Part shown: positions 47,338 to 56,299 of the stretch, in pieces
Position numbering within the stretch: position 1 is the stretch's first letter
How the letters are laid out: each line of letters begins with the position of its first letter
From: Faecousia sp.
GTDB lineage: Bacteria; Bacillota; Clostridia; Oscillospirales; Oscillospiraceae
Reading direction: 5' to 3'
DNA length: 64,000 nucleotides
Assembly: GCA_045599455.1 (NCBI GenBank)
Contig: JAZRVX010000131.1
Location: forward strand, 12,186-76,185
Notes under the pieces: generated by a model
Database searches by the model: none
What the model was told of the DNA's origin: nothing
Seen by the model: only the letters and a program-made list of their open reading frames with translations
Position numbers and translations under genes: made by a program

Positions 47338-48435
47338 TTACTCCAAAAAGCTCTTAATTGCTTCTGCAATGTTCTCGGCGCCAACTTCTACGGCAACTCC
47401 GCCGAACGATTGTGCAACTTCTTCGCATGCAGTACCACGATATACAATTACCGGCGTACCGCAGCAAGCAGCCTCCAGAACCGTCATACCAAAGGTTTCC
47501 TCCACGCTGGGACAGACATATATATCGGATGCTGTATACGCTTGAGCAAGCTCAATTGCAGATGCCGTGCGCGGCAGTCCGAGGATTTTTTCAGGCAGGG
47601 ATTTGATTTGCTTATCGGTCAGCCCAATCAAGACAATCTGAAATGTCTCGTCCAGAAGCTCCGATAATTCCGCAAAAGTGTGAAGTCCTTTTCTTGGCTC
47701 CCAGACATTGGCAACACCCAGAATTACTTTCTTCTCTTCCAGATGATAGTTTTCCCGGAAAGTACCTGAGGTGGGCTTAAAAACCGTGCGGTCAACTTCA
47801 TTCGGCACAACTTCCACGGGATATCCCCCAAGGAAACTTTCCTGTACACGCTGTTTCAGCCATTCAGACGGAACATGAATAGTTAAATTGGGAATGCCCG
47901 TAAACACCTGTTTTTTCTTTCGGAAGTTATCTTTGCTGTTATCCAGAAAAAAGCTGGACGGATAACTGCTCTTCTGCGGGCAATGAAAACACTCTGTCTT
48001 CCATTTGTCGCATTTTACATAGTCAAAATACGCGCAGTGACCGGTAAACGCCCAGCAGTCATGCAATGTCCAATGAACTTCTTTACCGCATGTTCTCAGA
48101 TAGGAAAAAAGCAATTCCACATTCAGGTAATAGCCATGCAAATTGTGCAGCCATATTACATCCGGGGCATATTCTGTAATTGTATGAATCAGTGCGGCGG
48201 TTGCGCGCTTAGAATGAAAGCCAGAAGTGTCCGTTATTCTGGCATTCAAGGCATGAAGTCGGATATCCAAGTCAGTGCCGATATGGTAAAGAGAAATGCC
48301 ATCACAATTTCTTGCCTCGCGGCTATAGGCAATCATGCACTCATGCCCCTCGGACATGAGTTTTCTACATTGCCGGACTACAATTCGGCCTGTACTGCCA
48401 AAGCCCGCAACCGAATTGATAAACAAATAGCGCAT
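47338..48435 (-). CDS. glycosyltransferase (GT4-like)
   Basis: MRYLFINSVAGFGSTGRI, HDCWAFTGHCAY and C-terminal CPSVEETFGMTVLEAACCGTPVIV. ATG 48435 has GGAGG upstream. Confidence 0.75.
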   Translation of the reverse strand: MRYLFINSVAGFGSTGRIVVRQCRKLMSEGHECMIAYSREARNCDGISLYHIGTDLDIRLHALNARITDTSGFHSKRATAALIHTITEYAPDVIWLHNLHGYYLNVELLFSYLRTCGKEVHWTLHDCWAFTGHCAYFDYVKCDKWKTECFHCPQKSSYPSSFFLDNSKDNFRKKKQVFTGIPNLTIHVPSEWLKQRVQESFLGGYPVEVVPNEVDRTVFKPTSGTFRENYHLEEKKVILGVANVWEPRKGLHTFAELSELLDETFQIVLIGLTDKQIKSLPEKILGLPRTASAIELAQAYTASDIYVCPSVEETFGMTVLEAACCGTPVIVYRGTACEEVAQSFGGVAVEVGAENIAEAIKSFLE

Positions 48436-48451
48436 GGCCGAACCTCCGGAT

Positions 48452-49636
48452 TTAGTATTTACGCCAGACCATTTTGTCCACAACGCCGGTGTAGGACTGA
48501 ATAATCTTAACCACCTTTGTGGAAACTAACTCCTCTGTATAATCGGGAACAGGAATGCCGATATCGCCGTTTGCATTCATGGATACCGCTGTATCCACTG
48601 CCTGCAAAAGATGCTGTTCATCAATACCGGCCAGGATAAAGCAGGCTTTATCCAATGCTTCCGGGCGTTCGGTAGAAGTGCGGATGCAAACTGCCGGAAA
48701 GGGATGCCCCACAGAAGTAAAGAAACTGGATTCCTCCGGGAGTGTGCCGGAGTCGGACACCACACAAAAAGCATTCATCTGTAAGCAGTTATAATCATGG
48801 AATCCCAAAGGCTCATTGCGAAGCACGCGCTTATCAAGCCGAAATCCGGATTGCTCCAGCCGCTTTTTAGAACGCGGATGGCAGGAATACAAAATCGGCA
48901 TATCGTACTTCTCGGCCATTTTATTGATTGCGCCGAAAAGGGACAGGAAGTTTTTCTCCGTGTCAATATTCTCTTCACGATGGGCAGAAAGCAGGATATA
49001 CTTCCCCTTTTCAAGGCCAAGACGCTTATGAACATCAGATGCCTCAATGTCCGACAGATTTTTGTGAAGCACCTCCGCCATGGGGGAGCCGGTAACATAC
49101 ACGCGTTCCTTGGGAAGGCCGCACTCATGCAGGTACTTTCTGGCATGCTCGGAGTATGCCAGATTCACATCGGAAATAATGTCCACGATGCGGCGGTTGG
49201 TTTCCTCCGGCAGGCACTCGTCCTTACAGCGATTTCCCGCTTCCATGTGAAAAATGGGAATATGCAGCCGCTTTGCAGGGATGGCCGACAGGCAGGAATT
49301 GGTATCGCCCAAAACCAGCATAGCATCTGGCTTTACTGCTTCCATCAGTTTATAGGAACAGTTGATAATATTACCAACCGTTGCACCCAAATCATCTCCT
49401 ACCGCATTCATGTAAACATCCGGATTCTTCAGACCCAAATCGTGGAAAAAGATGCCATTCAAATTATAATCGTAATTCTGTCCCGTATGGGCAAGCAGAC
49501 AGTCAAAATACTGACGGCACTTGTCAATCACTGCCGCAAGACGGATAATCTCCGGGCGAGTGCCCACAATAATCAATAGTTTCAATTTACCGTTATTCTG
49601 AAAAGAAATATCGGAATAATCCAGTTTCATATCCAT
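48452..49636 (-). CDS. fnlC: non-hydrolysing UDP-N-acetylhexosamine 2-epimerase (FnlC/CapG/WbjD-like)
   Basis: LLIIVGTRPEIIRLA, LVLGDTNS and VVSDSGTLPEES. Third gene of the capE-capF-capG-type triad. The start is ATG 49636 or 49630. Confidence 0.8.
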   Translation of the reverse strand: MDMKLDYSDISFQNNGKLKLLIIVGTRPEIIRLAAVIDKCRQYFDCLLAHTGQNYDYNLNGIFFHDLGLKNPDVYMNAVGDDLGATVGNIINCSYKLMEAVKPDAMLVLGDTNSCLSAIPAKRLHIPIFHMEAGNRCKDECLPEETNRRIVDIISDVNLAYSEHARKYLHECGLPKERVYVTGSPMAEVLHKNLSDIEASDVHKRLGLEKGKYILLSAHREENIDTEKNFLSLFGAINKMAEKYDMPILYSCHPRSKKRLEQSGFRLDKRVLRNEPLGFHDYNCLQMNAFCVVSDSGTLPEESSFFTSVGHPFPAVCIRTSTERPEALDKACFILAGIDEQHLLQAVDTAVSMNANGDIGIPVPDYTEELVSTKVVKIIQSYTGVVDKMVWRKY

Positions 49637-49637
49637 C

Positions 49638-50837
49638 TCAAACAACCTCATAGAAAGTATCGGGATGATTGGGGTCAAACGCTTCATTAGCCCACATCAA
49701 AGTCACCAAGGGTTCTGTTTCAGACCTGTTAATAATGTTATGCGTGTATCCCGGCAGCATATGGACAGCCTGAATTTTTTCACCGGACACTTCGTATTCG
49801 ATAACATCATCCGAATCAATCTTACGCTCCTGAATCAGGCCATAGCCGGACACAACGATGAAAAACTCCCATTTGGAATGATGCCAATGCTGTCCTTTGG
49901 CAATACCGGGCTTACTGATATTTACACTGAACTGTCCGCAGTCCACTGTCTTCAAAAGCTCTGTAAAGCTTCCGCGTGCATCCGTATTCATCTTCAAATC
50001 AAAGATTGCTTTGTCCTTCGGGAGATAGCTTAAATAGGTAGAATACAGCTTCTTGGCAAAGCTGTTATCCGGGATGGAAGGCATAAGGAGTGTCTGCGGC
50101 TGTGCCTTAAATGCATCCAGAAGTGAAACAATCCGCCCTAATGTTTCCCTGTGTGTTACGGGAACTGCACAGTAGCGCCCACTTGATGTTAAAACAGCAT
50201 TTACGCCCTCAAATTCGCAATGATGCTCCGCACCTATAAGCGCTGAAATCATCTCGGAAACCAAATCGTCAATGTACAGAAGCTCCAACTCTACGGACGG
50301 ATCATTTACCACAATGGGCAAATCATGGGCGTAGTTGTGGCAGAAAGTCGCAACCGCAGAATTATAATTCGGTCTGCACCATTTACCAAACAGATTGGGA
50401 AAACGGTAAACAAGGACTTTGGCACCGGTCTCCGCGGCGTACCGGAAGAACAGTTCCTCCCCTGCCCGCTTGCTCTCGCCATAGGGGCTTTCGGCGTAGC
50501 GTCCAATCATCGTTGCCTGAATGGACGAGGAAAGCATAACAGGGCAGGTATTGCGATACTTTTTCAGTAAATCAAGAAGCTTCGATGCAAAACCGAAGTT
50601 ACCCTGCATGAATTCCTGCGGATTCTGCGGACGATTCACACCGGCAAGATTAAAAACAAAATCAGCATTCTTGCAGCCTTCCATCAAAACGGATTCATCG
50701 GTATCTCTGTCAAAAAGGTAAAGCGAATCAATTTTCAGTTCCGGATGGGTTCTGTCCTTGCCATCTCGAATGCATGCAAGCGCATGATGAAGATTACGGC
50801 CTACGAAGCCTTCTGCTCCCGTAATCAAAATATTCAC
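49638..50837 (-). CDS. fnlB: CapF/FnlB/WbjC-like bifunctional reductase/epimerase (SDR + cupin)
   Basis: NILITGAEGFVGRNL Rossmann N-domain plus a C-terminal cupin (GIAKGQHWHHSKWEFFIVVSG). GTG start 50837 with an AGGAG RBS. Confidence 0.8.
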   Translation of the reverse strand: MNILITGAEGFVGRNLHHALACIRDGKDRTHPELKIDSLYLFDRDTDESVLMEGCKNADFVFNLAGVNRPQNPQEFMQGNFGFASKLLDLLKKYRNTCPVMLSSSIQATMIGRYAESPYGESKRAGEELFFRYAAETGAKVLVYRFPNLFGKWCRPNYNSAVATFCHNYAHDLPIVVNDPSVELELLYIDDLVSEMISALIGAEHHCEFEGVNAVLTSSGRYCAVPVTHRETLGRIVSLLDAFKAQPQTLLMPSIPDNSFAKKLYSTYLSYLPKDKAIFDLKMNTDARGSFTELLKTVDCGQFSVNISKPGIAKGQHWHHSKWEFFIVVSGYGLIQERKIDSDDVIEYEVSGEKIQAVHMLPGYTHNIINRSETEPLVTLMWANEAFDPNHPDTFYEVV

Positions 50838-50861
50838 AGGAAAAACTCCTTTAAACGAAAA

Positions 50862-51908
50862 TTACTTATTCCAAAGTGCTAACTCTTCCTGAATGAATTT
50901 CAGCTGCAGCAGTTTCTCCTGAACCTGCTCTACATTCAAAAGTGCTGTGTTGTTGCTATTAAACTCTGTGAGTACATTACGCTCGGTATCACCGATTTTG
51001 AAATACTTATCATAGTTCAAATCACGCTTATCACAGGGAACACGATAGAAATTCCCCAAATCAACCGCGTGTGCACACTCCTCATTGGTAAGAAGAGTCT
51101 CATACATCTTCTCACCATGGCGAATACCGATAATCTTGATTTCATGTCCGGGGGCAAATAGGCCGGTCACCGCCTTAGCAAGCACTTCAATGGTGCATGC
51201 AGGCGCTTTCTGAACCAAAATATCACCACTCACACCCTTCTCAAAAGCAAACAGCACCAAATCAACCGCCTCTTCCAGAGACATGATGAACCGGGTCATG
51301 TTGGGTTCCGTGATGGTAATGGGCTTACCGGCACGAATCTGATCAATCCAAAGGGGAATGACACTGCCTCGGCTGCACATAACATTGCCATATCGTGTGC
51401 AGCAGATTTTCGTTTTCTCAGGGCTGACTGTACGGCTCTTGGCAACAATCACTTTCTCCATCATGGCCTTGGAGGTACCCATGGCATTAACAGGGTAAGC
51501 AGCTTTATCCGTAGACAGGCAAATCACAGATTTGACCCCTGCATCAATTGCCGCATTGAGCACATTCTCTGTACCCAAAACATTGGTCTTCACAGCCTCA
51601 ATGGGGAAAAACTCGCAAGAAGGCACCTGTTTCAGCGCAGCAGCATGGAATATGTAATCCACGCCGTGCATGGCATTGCGGACGGAAGCGGCATCACGGA
51701 CATCACCGATGAAAAATTTGATTTTATCCGCGACCTCGGGCATACGAACCTGAAAATCATGGCGCATATCGTCCTGTTTTTTCTCATCACGGGAGAAAAC
51801 ACGAATCTCTCCAATGTCTGTTTCCAGAAAGCGATTCAAAACAGTGTTGCCAAAGGAGCCGGTACCACCGGTAATCATTAAGGTCTTACCTGTAAAAAGT
51901 CCACTCAT
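50862..51908 (-). CDS. fnlA: UDP-GlcNAc 4,6-dehydratase/5-epimerase (CapE/FnlA/WbjB-like)
   Basis: KTLMITGGTGSFGNTVLNRFL, TDKAAYPVNAMGTSKAMMEK and YGNVMCSRGSVIPLW. ATG 51908 has AGGAG upstream. Confidence 0.88.
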   Translation of the reverse strand: MSGLFTGKTLMITGGTGSFGNTVLNRFLETDIGEIRVFSRDEKKQDDMRHDFQVRMPEVADKIKFFIGDVRDAASVRNAMHGVDYIFHAAALKQVPSCEFFPIEAVKTNVLGTENVLNAAIDAGVKSVICLSTDKAAYPVNAMGTSKAMMEKVIVAKSRTVSPEKTKICCTRYGNVMCSRGSVIPLWIDQIRAGKPITITEPNMTRFIMSLEEAVDLVLFAFEKGVSGDILVQKAPACTIEVLAKAVTGLFAPGHEIKIIGIRHGEKMYETLLTNEECAHAVDLGNFYRVPCDKRDLNYDKYFKIGDTERNVLTEFNSNNTALLNVEQVQEKLLQLKFIQEELALWNK

Positions 51909-51944
51909 TTTCTCACTTCTCCTACTTTTGGAATAAAACACGAA

Positions 51945-53153
51945 TTATAAAAGCGTTTTGAACAGTTGTACATACTTTTCCGTACAAATCTGACGGGTGT
52001 ATTTTTCAAGAAAAATATTTCTGCTTTTTGCTCCCATGGCTTTTGTCTTCTCCAGGTCCTGCGCCAGCAAAACAATCGCATTGGCAAGTTTTGGGGACTC
52101 ATTCTTGCGAACACATATGCCTGCGCCATCATTCAAATCCGAAACAATGTCACTCTCATCCATTACAGCCAGAATCGGCAGGCCATACATCATATAAGTG
52201 TAGGTTTTGCTGGGGACACAGATTCCTCTCAGGCTTTCTTCAAGGGAAACCAGCGCGGCATCGGAAACCGCCAAGGCATCTGCAAAGTCATCCCCCTGCA
52301 GAAAATCAAAGACGGAAACATTCTCAATTTTTTCTTCAGAAAAAATCTTTTGAATCTCATCCTTTTTATTGCCATGACCGGCAAAAAGGAAATAAATATC
52401 GGGATGGTTTTTAAGTAAGCGGACTGCATCTATGATGGTTTTCATATCCTGCGCAGTACCCATATTCCCGAAGTAAGAAACCACGAATTTTTCACGCAGC
52501 TTGCTGAAAGAAGGATTGGAAATCTCCTTCTTTTTACCATATAGGTCATCTGCCCAGTTCGGAATCACACGAATCTTTTCAGATGCAATCAGACGATTTT
52601 GGGCAAGAAAGTCCTTCATCTCCGAAGACAGTGCTACAGCTGCATCCGCGCGGGAAAAAACCACATTGTTTATATGGTTCATCAGGCGATAAATCAGAGA
52701 ATGCTCTCGAAGCGCCCCCATCTGCACAGCCACTTCAGGGTACGCATCATAGCAAACGAAGACCAGTTTGGAACCAAAAAGACGGCATGCGATTGCAGCA
52801 ATCCACGGGGCAATCGGCGGATTGGAATATACTGCAACGGCACGATATCCGCTGATTTCAAATATATGAAGGAGCACAGAGACGATAAAGGAAAAATAAT
52901 TTATCAGCCTGCCAAGGTAGCCCTTTCGTCCGGTTTGAATATAGCGGAGCCGATGAACGGAAAAGCCCTCACAGTCGTCATAATACGGAACCTTTTCCCC
53001 ACGGTAATACTCATGGGGATATCCGCACATAACGCCAACAGAAAAACCGCTGTCACGCAAATCCTGCACGGTCTCATAGGGAAGCTGTGCAGAAGAAATA
53101 TATTCAGGATGGAAAAACTGACACAAAAAAAGAATGTCTTTCTTCTGCTTCAA
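51945..53153 (-). CDS. GT4-family glycosyltransferase (WbuB-like, candidate L-FucNAc transferase)
   Basis: ILFLCQFFHPEYISSAQ and NWAD resemble WbuB-type GTs. It is adjacent to the fnlABC-like genes. TTG start 53153 with an AGGAGAG RBS. Confidence 0.75.
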   Translation of the reverse strand: MKQKKDILFLCQFFHPEYISSAQLPYETVQDLRDSGFSVGVMCGYPHEYYRGEKVPYYDDCEGFSVHRLRYIQTGRKGYLGRLINYFSFIVSVLLHIFEISGYRAVAVYSNPPIAPWIAAIACRLFGSKLVFVCYDAYPEVAVQMGALREHSLIYRLMNHINNVVFSRADAAVALSSEMKDFLAQNRLIASEKIRVIPNWADDLYGKKKEISNPSFSKLREKFVVSYFGNMGTAQDMKTIIDAVRLLKNHPDIYFLFAGHGNKKDEIQKIFSEEKIENVSVFDFLQGDDFADALAVSDAALVSLEESLRGICVPSKTYTYMMYGLPILAVMDESDIVSDLNDGAGICVRKNESPKLANAIVLLAQDLEKTKAMGAKSRNIFLEKYTRQICTEKYVQLFKTLL

Positions 53154-53177
53154 TCTGCGTTCTCTCCTTCCGCCGGT

Positions 53178-54050
53178 TTAGTTGCTGCAAGAGCGGGCAA
53201 TAGATTCTTCCAAAGAAACCATACAGTACTCTGACTCATAGCTTGAAAGCTGCGGGTCATAAGACAGACTCCCGAATGCTTTTCGGGCTTTCGGACTCAC
53301 AGAGCCCAAAAGCTTCAGCGCCCACAAAAAACCGGGAATTATCATAATCCTTTTCCCATACTGCAATGCAATAAGACGAACAATTTCATCCGTTGAAACA
53401 ATGCAATCATTCTGAGGACAGAAAACTCCGGTTTCTTCCTTTTCAATCATAAGCCGAACAAATTCGCACAGGTTGTCAGTGTAAATCATGAAATGGGTAT
53501 TATAGGTCTTCGGGAAAATAGGAAGCTTGCGGGCAAAGGAGGCCAGTGCATTGAAATTTCCCTTGCAGTGCGCTCCATAAATCATGGGAGGACGAATAAT
53601 AACAACCTTAAAAGATTCATCCGATAAGGTTTGGAGTAAGTTTTCCGCTTCCAGCTTACTCTGACCGTACAAATCCACGGGAATAGCAGGTGTGTTTTTT
53701 CCTATCACACAGGGCTTACCGATGCTGCCCTCGACACCATACACGGATGCACTGCTCAGAAAAACAAACTGCCTGACTCCCTCTGTCTTGGCCTTCTTTG
53801 CCAGCTCATAGGGTAAAATCGTGTTCACCTGATGATATCGCTCGGCCTGACCGGGAGCATTCTTGGTATTCGGCTCATGCACAATTGCCGCACAGTGATA
53901 GATTACATCCACATTTGCAAAGCTGTGATTCATCCATGCATTATCGCGAACGCTTAAGGCTGAAACACTGTAGTCGGGATTCCCCTCCAAATACGCGCGT
54001 AAAGAATTCCCGACAAAACTTCCGGCGCCCGTAATCAAAATATTCTTCAT
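53178..54050 (-). CDS. NAD-dependent epimerase/dehydratase family protein (Cap5N-like)
   Basis: MKNILITGAGSFVGNSL Rossmann motif and SSASVYG...YGQSKLEAE (YxxxK). ATGA overlap with the sugar transferase gene. Confidence 0.8.
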   Translation of the reverse strand: MKNILITGAGSFVGNSLRAYLEGNPDYSVSALSVRDNAWMNHSFANVDVIYHCAAIVHEPNTKNAPGQAERYHQVNTILPYELAKKAKTEGVRQFVFLSSASVYGVEGSIGKPCVIGKNTPAIPVDLYGQSKLEAENLLQTLSDESFKVVIIRPPMIYGAHCKGNFNALASFARKLPIFPKTYNTHFMIYTDNLCEFVRLMIEKEETGVFCPQNDCIVSTDEIVRLIALQYGKRIMIIPGFLWALKLLGSVSPKARKAFGSLSYDPQLSSYESEYCMVSLEESIARSCSN

Positions 54051-54664
54051 TCCAAATCCTTCCGCTCGTGCATCGCGCCGGTTCCGCCCTCCACGACTCC
54101 ATCATGGCGAAGCACGGCAAAAATTGTACCGAAAAAGCACTTGCAGTCAAACAGGAAGCTCAGATTGCGCACATATTCGCCGTCCAATCGCGCTTTAACA
54201 TCAATCTCAAGCTCGTCACGCCCGTTAATCTGTGCCCAGCCGGTAAGTCCCGGACGGACATCATTGGCGCCGTATTTATCCCGCTCTTCAATCAAATCAT
54301 ACTGATTCCACAGAGCCGGTCTGGGTCCGATAACGGACATTTTTCCCGTAAAAATCTGAAATATCTGCGGCAGCTCATCCAAAGAGGTTTTTCGGAGGAA
54401 TCTCCCCATGCGGGTAATATACTGCTCGGGATTTTGCAGCAAATGCGTCGGAACATCCTTAGGCGTAGAAACCTTCATGCTGCGGAATTTCGCAATCATA
54501 AAGTGGCTCTTATGAATGCCCACACGCTTCTGACAAAAAAGCAGTGGCCCCGGATCATCAATCACAATAGCAAGGGAAATCAGCGCATAAACAGGAAGTA
54601 AAACAACAATGCCAAGTCCGGAAAGCAGAATGTCCAGCACTCTCTTACCAAATTTCTGATACAT
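54047..54664 (-). CDS. small initiating phosphoglycosyl transferase (bacterial sugar transferase, PglC/Cap5M/EpsL-like)
   Basis: Re-entrant helix ILLSGLGIVVLLPVYALISLAIVI, then PGPLLFCQKRVG, FRSM and DELPQIFQIFTGKMSVIGPRP. Confidence 0.9.
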   Translation of the reverse strand: MYQKFGKRVLDILLSGLGIVVLLPVYALISLAIVIDDPGPLLFCQKRVGIHKSHFMIAKFRSMKVSTPKDVPTHLLQNPEQYITRMGRFLRKTSLDELPQIFQIFTGKMSVIGPRPALWNQYDLIEERDKYGANDVRPGLTGWAQINGRDELEIDVKARLDGEYVRNLSFLFDCKCFFGTIFAVLRHDGVVEGGTGAMHERKDLE

Positions 54665-54728
54665 CCATTCTCTCTCCTTTGGTTGGGTTTATGCCTAAAG
54701 GGCATAGTACCCCTATGCTATAACTGCT

Positions 54729-54757
54729 ATTATATCACAAGCAACTGTATTCATCAA
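54729..54757 (-). promoter_or_regulatory. sigma-A promoter of the polysaccharide operon
   Basis: On the minus strand: TTGATG (54757-54752), 17-nt spacer, TGA-TATAAT (54734-54729). A ~65-nt leader with two short hairpins precedes the AGGAG RBS. Confidence 0.55.
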
Positions 54758-54793
54758 GAAAAACTTTGCTTTCGTGCTGTAATATAAAGAATT

Positions 54794-54833
54794 ATGCCGC
54801 CATTGCCTGAAAAAATTCAAGCAATGGCGGCAT
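54794..54833 (-). terminator. terminator of the NahK-like kinase gene
   Basis: 13-bp stem atgccgccattgc/gcaatggcggcat, 4 nt after stop 54838-54840. It is followed on the minus strand by AATTCTTTATATT. Confidence 0.65.
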
Positions 54834-54837
54834 GGAG

Positions 54838-55926
54838 TTACAATTCCAAAAACGCATTCACAATCGACTGCATCTCGTCCATTTTGTTCAGCATATCTTT
54901 TGCCAACGCAATCTGGCAGCGGGTGCGCACCAGATTGTGCTCGGGGTAATTGATTTTGAAGTATTTATCACCACGAATATAGTCATCCAGAAATCTCACA
55001 CAAAGCTCGGCTGTCAGTGCAAAGCAGCTCAGCGCCAAGGTCTGCGCCTCCATAGGCGTTATTGTATCCGCCGTCATAGACAGAAATCCCTCCGTAAAAC
55101 TACGGAATACCTCCAAATCGACCCCGGCTTTTTCCCAATCGGGGCAATCTTCTTCAACAAAATTTGCCGCAAAGCGAATGGCATCACCAAAATCGTGTCC
55201 CATAAGACCGGGCATAACCGTGTCCAAATCAATAACAACGATGGGGCTATTGTCCTTCTGTGAAAACAGCACATTATTGATTTTGGTGTCGTTATGCGTC
55301 ACACGAAGTGGGAGCTTTCCTTCCTTCTGTAAATCCGTAAGGCGGCATGCGATATCCTGAACTCCCAGCAGCCATTCAATCTCCTCCCGAACACTCAGAA
55401 CGCGCCCCGCAGCATCCTCTTCAATCGCTTCAATCAGCTTGGCATAACGGTCACGAGTATTATGGAAATTTGGAATTGTCTCATGGAGAAGATGAATGTC
55501 AAAATCGGATAGCTGATTCTGAAATTCACCAAAGGCGACACCTGCATTGCGGAGAATCTGAGGATCTTTAACCAAATTGTAAGTAATCGAGGTAATATAA
55601 TTCGTCATGCGCCAGAAATTATCCCCATCTATCACATAGGTTTTCCTCTCTGCCGTGTGGTGAAAGTGAAGGCAAGTTCTGTCGGGGTACTTCTTGCGGA
55701 TATGTTCTGTAACACGGTCAATGTTCTCCATCAGCTCAACCGGCTGGCGGAATGCATAGGTATTCACATTCTGCAACAGATACGATTTTTTGCTTCCGTC
55801 TTTTTGCTGAAAGTCAACACGGTATGTCTTATTCACATTGCCGTTGCGAATGATTTCAAAGCCAAGGAATTCATCGCGAATGCAGAATTTGCGGCAAACT
55901 TCCTCTATTTTATCATAAAGCTCCAT
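54838..55926 (-). CDS. APH-fold sugar kinase, N-acetylhexosamine 1-kinase (NahK/LnpB)-like
   Basis: 362 aa from ATG 55926 (GGAGGA RBS). Catalytic loop RVTHNDTKINNVLF and VIDLDTVMPG. The ORF-track N-terminal extension to 56160 crosses hairpins and a promoter and is rejected. Confidence 0.65.
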   Translation of the reverse strand: MELYDKIEEVCRKFCIRDEFLGFEIIRNGNVNKTYRVDFQQKDGSKKSYLLQNVNTYAFRQPVELMENIDRVTEHIRKKYPDRTCLHFHHTAERKTYVIDGDNFWRMTNYITSITYNLVKDPQILRNAGVAFGEFQNQLSDFDIHLLHETIPNFHNTRDRYAKLIEAIEEDAAGRVLSVREEIEWLLGVQDIACRLTDLQKEGKLPLRVTHNDTKINNVLFSQKDNSPIVVIDLDTVMPGLMGHDFGDAIRFAANFVEEDCPDWEKAGVDLEVFRSFTEGFLSMTADTITPMEAQTLALSCFALTAELCVRFLDDYIRGDKYFKINYPEHNLVRTRCQIALAKDMLNKMDEMQSIVNAFLEL

Positions 55927-55957
55927 GGTGTTTCCTCCGTCCTTATTTCCTGATTTG

Positions 55958-55986
55958 ATGATAATCCAAAACATTGTTTTTGTCAA
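55958..55986 (-). promoter_or_regulatory. sigma-A promoter of the NahK-like gene
   Basis: On the minus strand: consensus TTGACA (55986-55981), 17-nt spacer, TATCAT (55963-55958). Confidence 0.5.
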
Positions 55987-56055
55987 TAAAAGCAGAAAAG
56001 AGCGAACCACAATGGTTCGCTCCAGTGTGTCAAAAAACCTGTTTTTGACACACTG
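55985..56055 (-). terminator. tandem-hairpin terminator closing the rnc-proximal transcript
   Basis: Reading the minus strand: a 14-bp hairpin (56023-56055), then a 10-bp hairpin GAGCGAACCA/TGGTTCGCTC (56000-22), then TTTTCTGCTTTTATT. Confidence 0.5.
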
Positions 56056-56299
56056 CCAGACTGCCAAGGAAGTCGAAATACAAGAAAACTTTGTCCGTAG
56101 GCGTACATGGGTACGGTAGGACAAAGTTTTCGCAGTAAGTAAAAAATCCTTGCGCAGCAAGAACCTTTACACTATATGGTTTGCTTAAATCCCGATTTCT
56201 CGACATTTTGTTATAAGCGCAAATGACTTTTTGTGCTTATTTGATTTTTGACGGTTTCGGCTTTTTTGACAGTCTGGAGCGAACCACAATGGTTCGCTC
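56000..56299. repeat. ~300-nt hairpin-dense unit bounded by imperfect ~38-nt inverted repeats (MITE-like or structured RNA)
   Basis: The exact 23-nt palindromic sequence gagcgaaccacaatggttcgctc occurs at 56000-56022 and 56277-56299. The adjoining cagtgtgtcaaaaaa matches the reverse complement of 56262-56276 at 13/15. An internal 13-bp-stem hairpin lies at 56084-56131. Confidence 0.5.

Noticed and set aside
55927-56160. 78-codon N-terminal extension of the NahK-like ORF given by the ORF track.
   Set aside because: The extension runs through the tandem hairpins, a T-rich terminator and a consensus-like promoter. ATG 55926 has a GGAGGA RBS and starts with a sensible MELYDKIEEV N-terminus.
56000-56299. 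Possible CRISPR array, because a 23-nt palindromic sequence is repeated.
   Set aside because: There are only two copies, about 254 nt apart, flanked by inverted rather than direct context. No cas genes are in the window.
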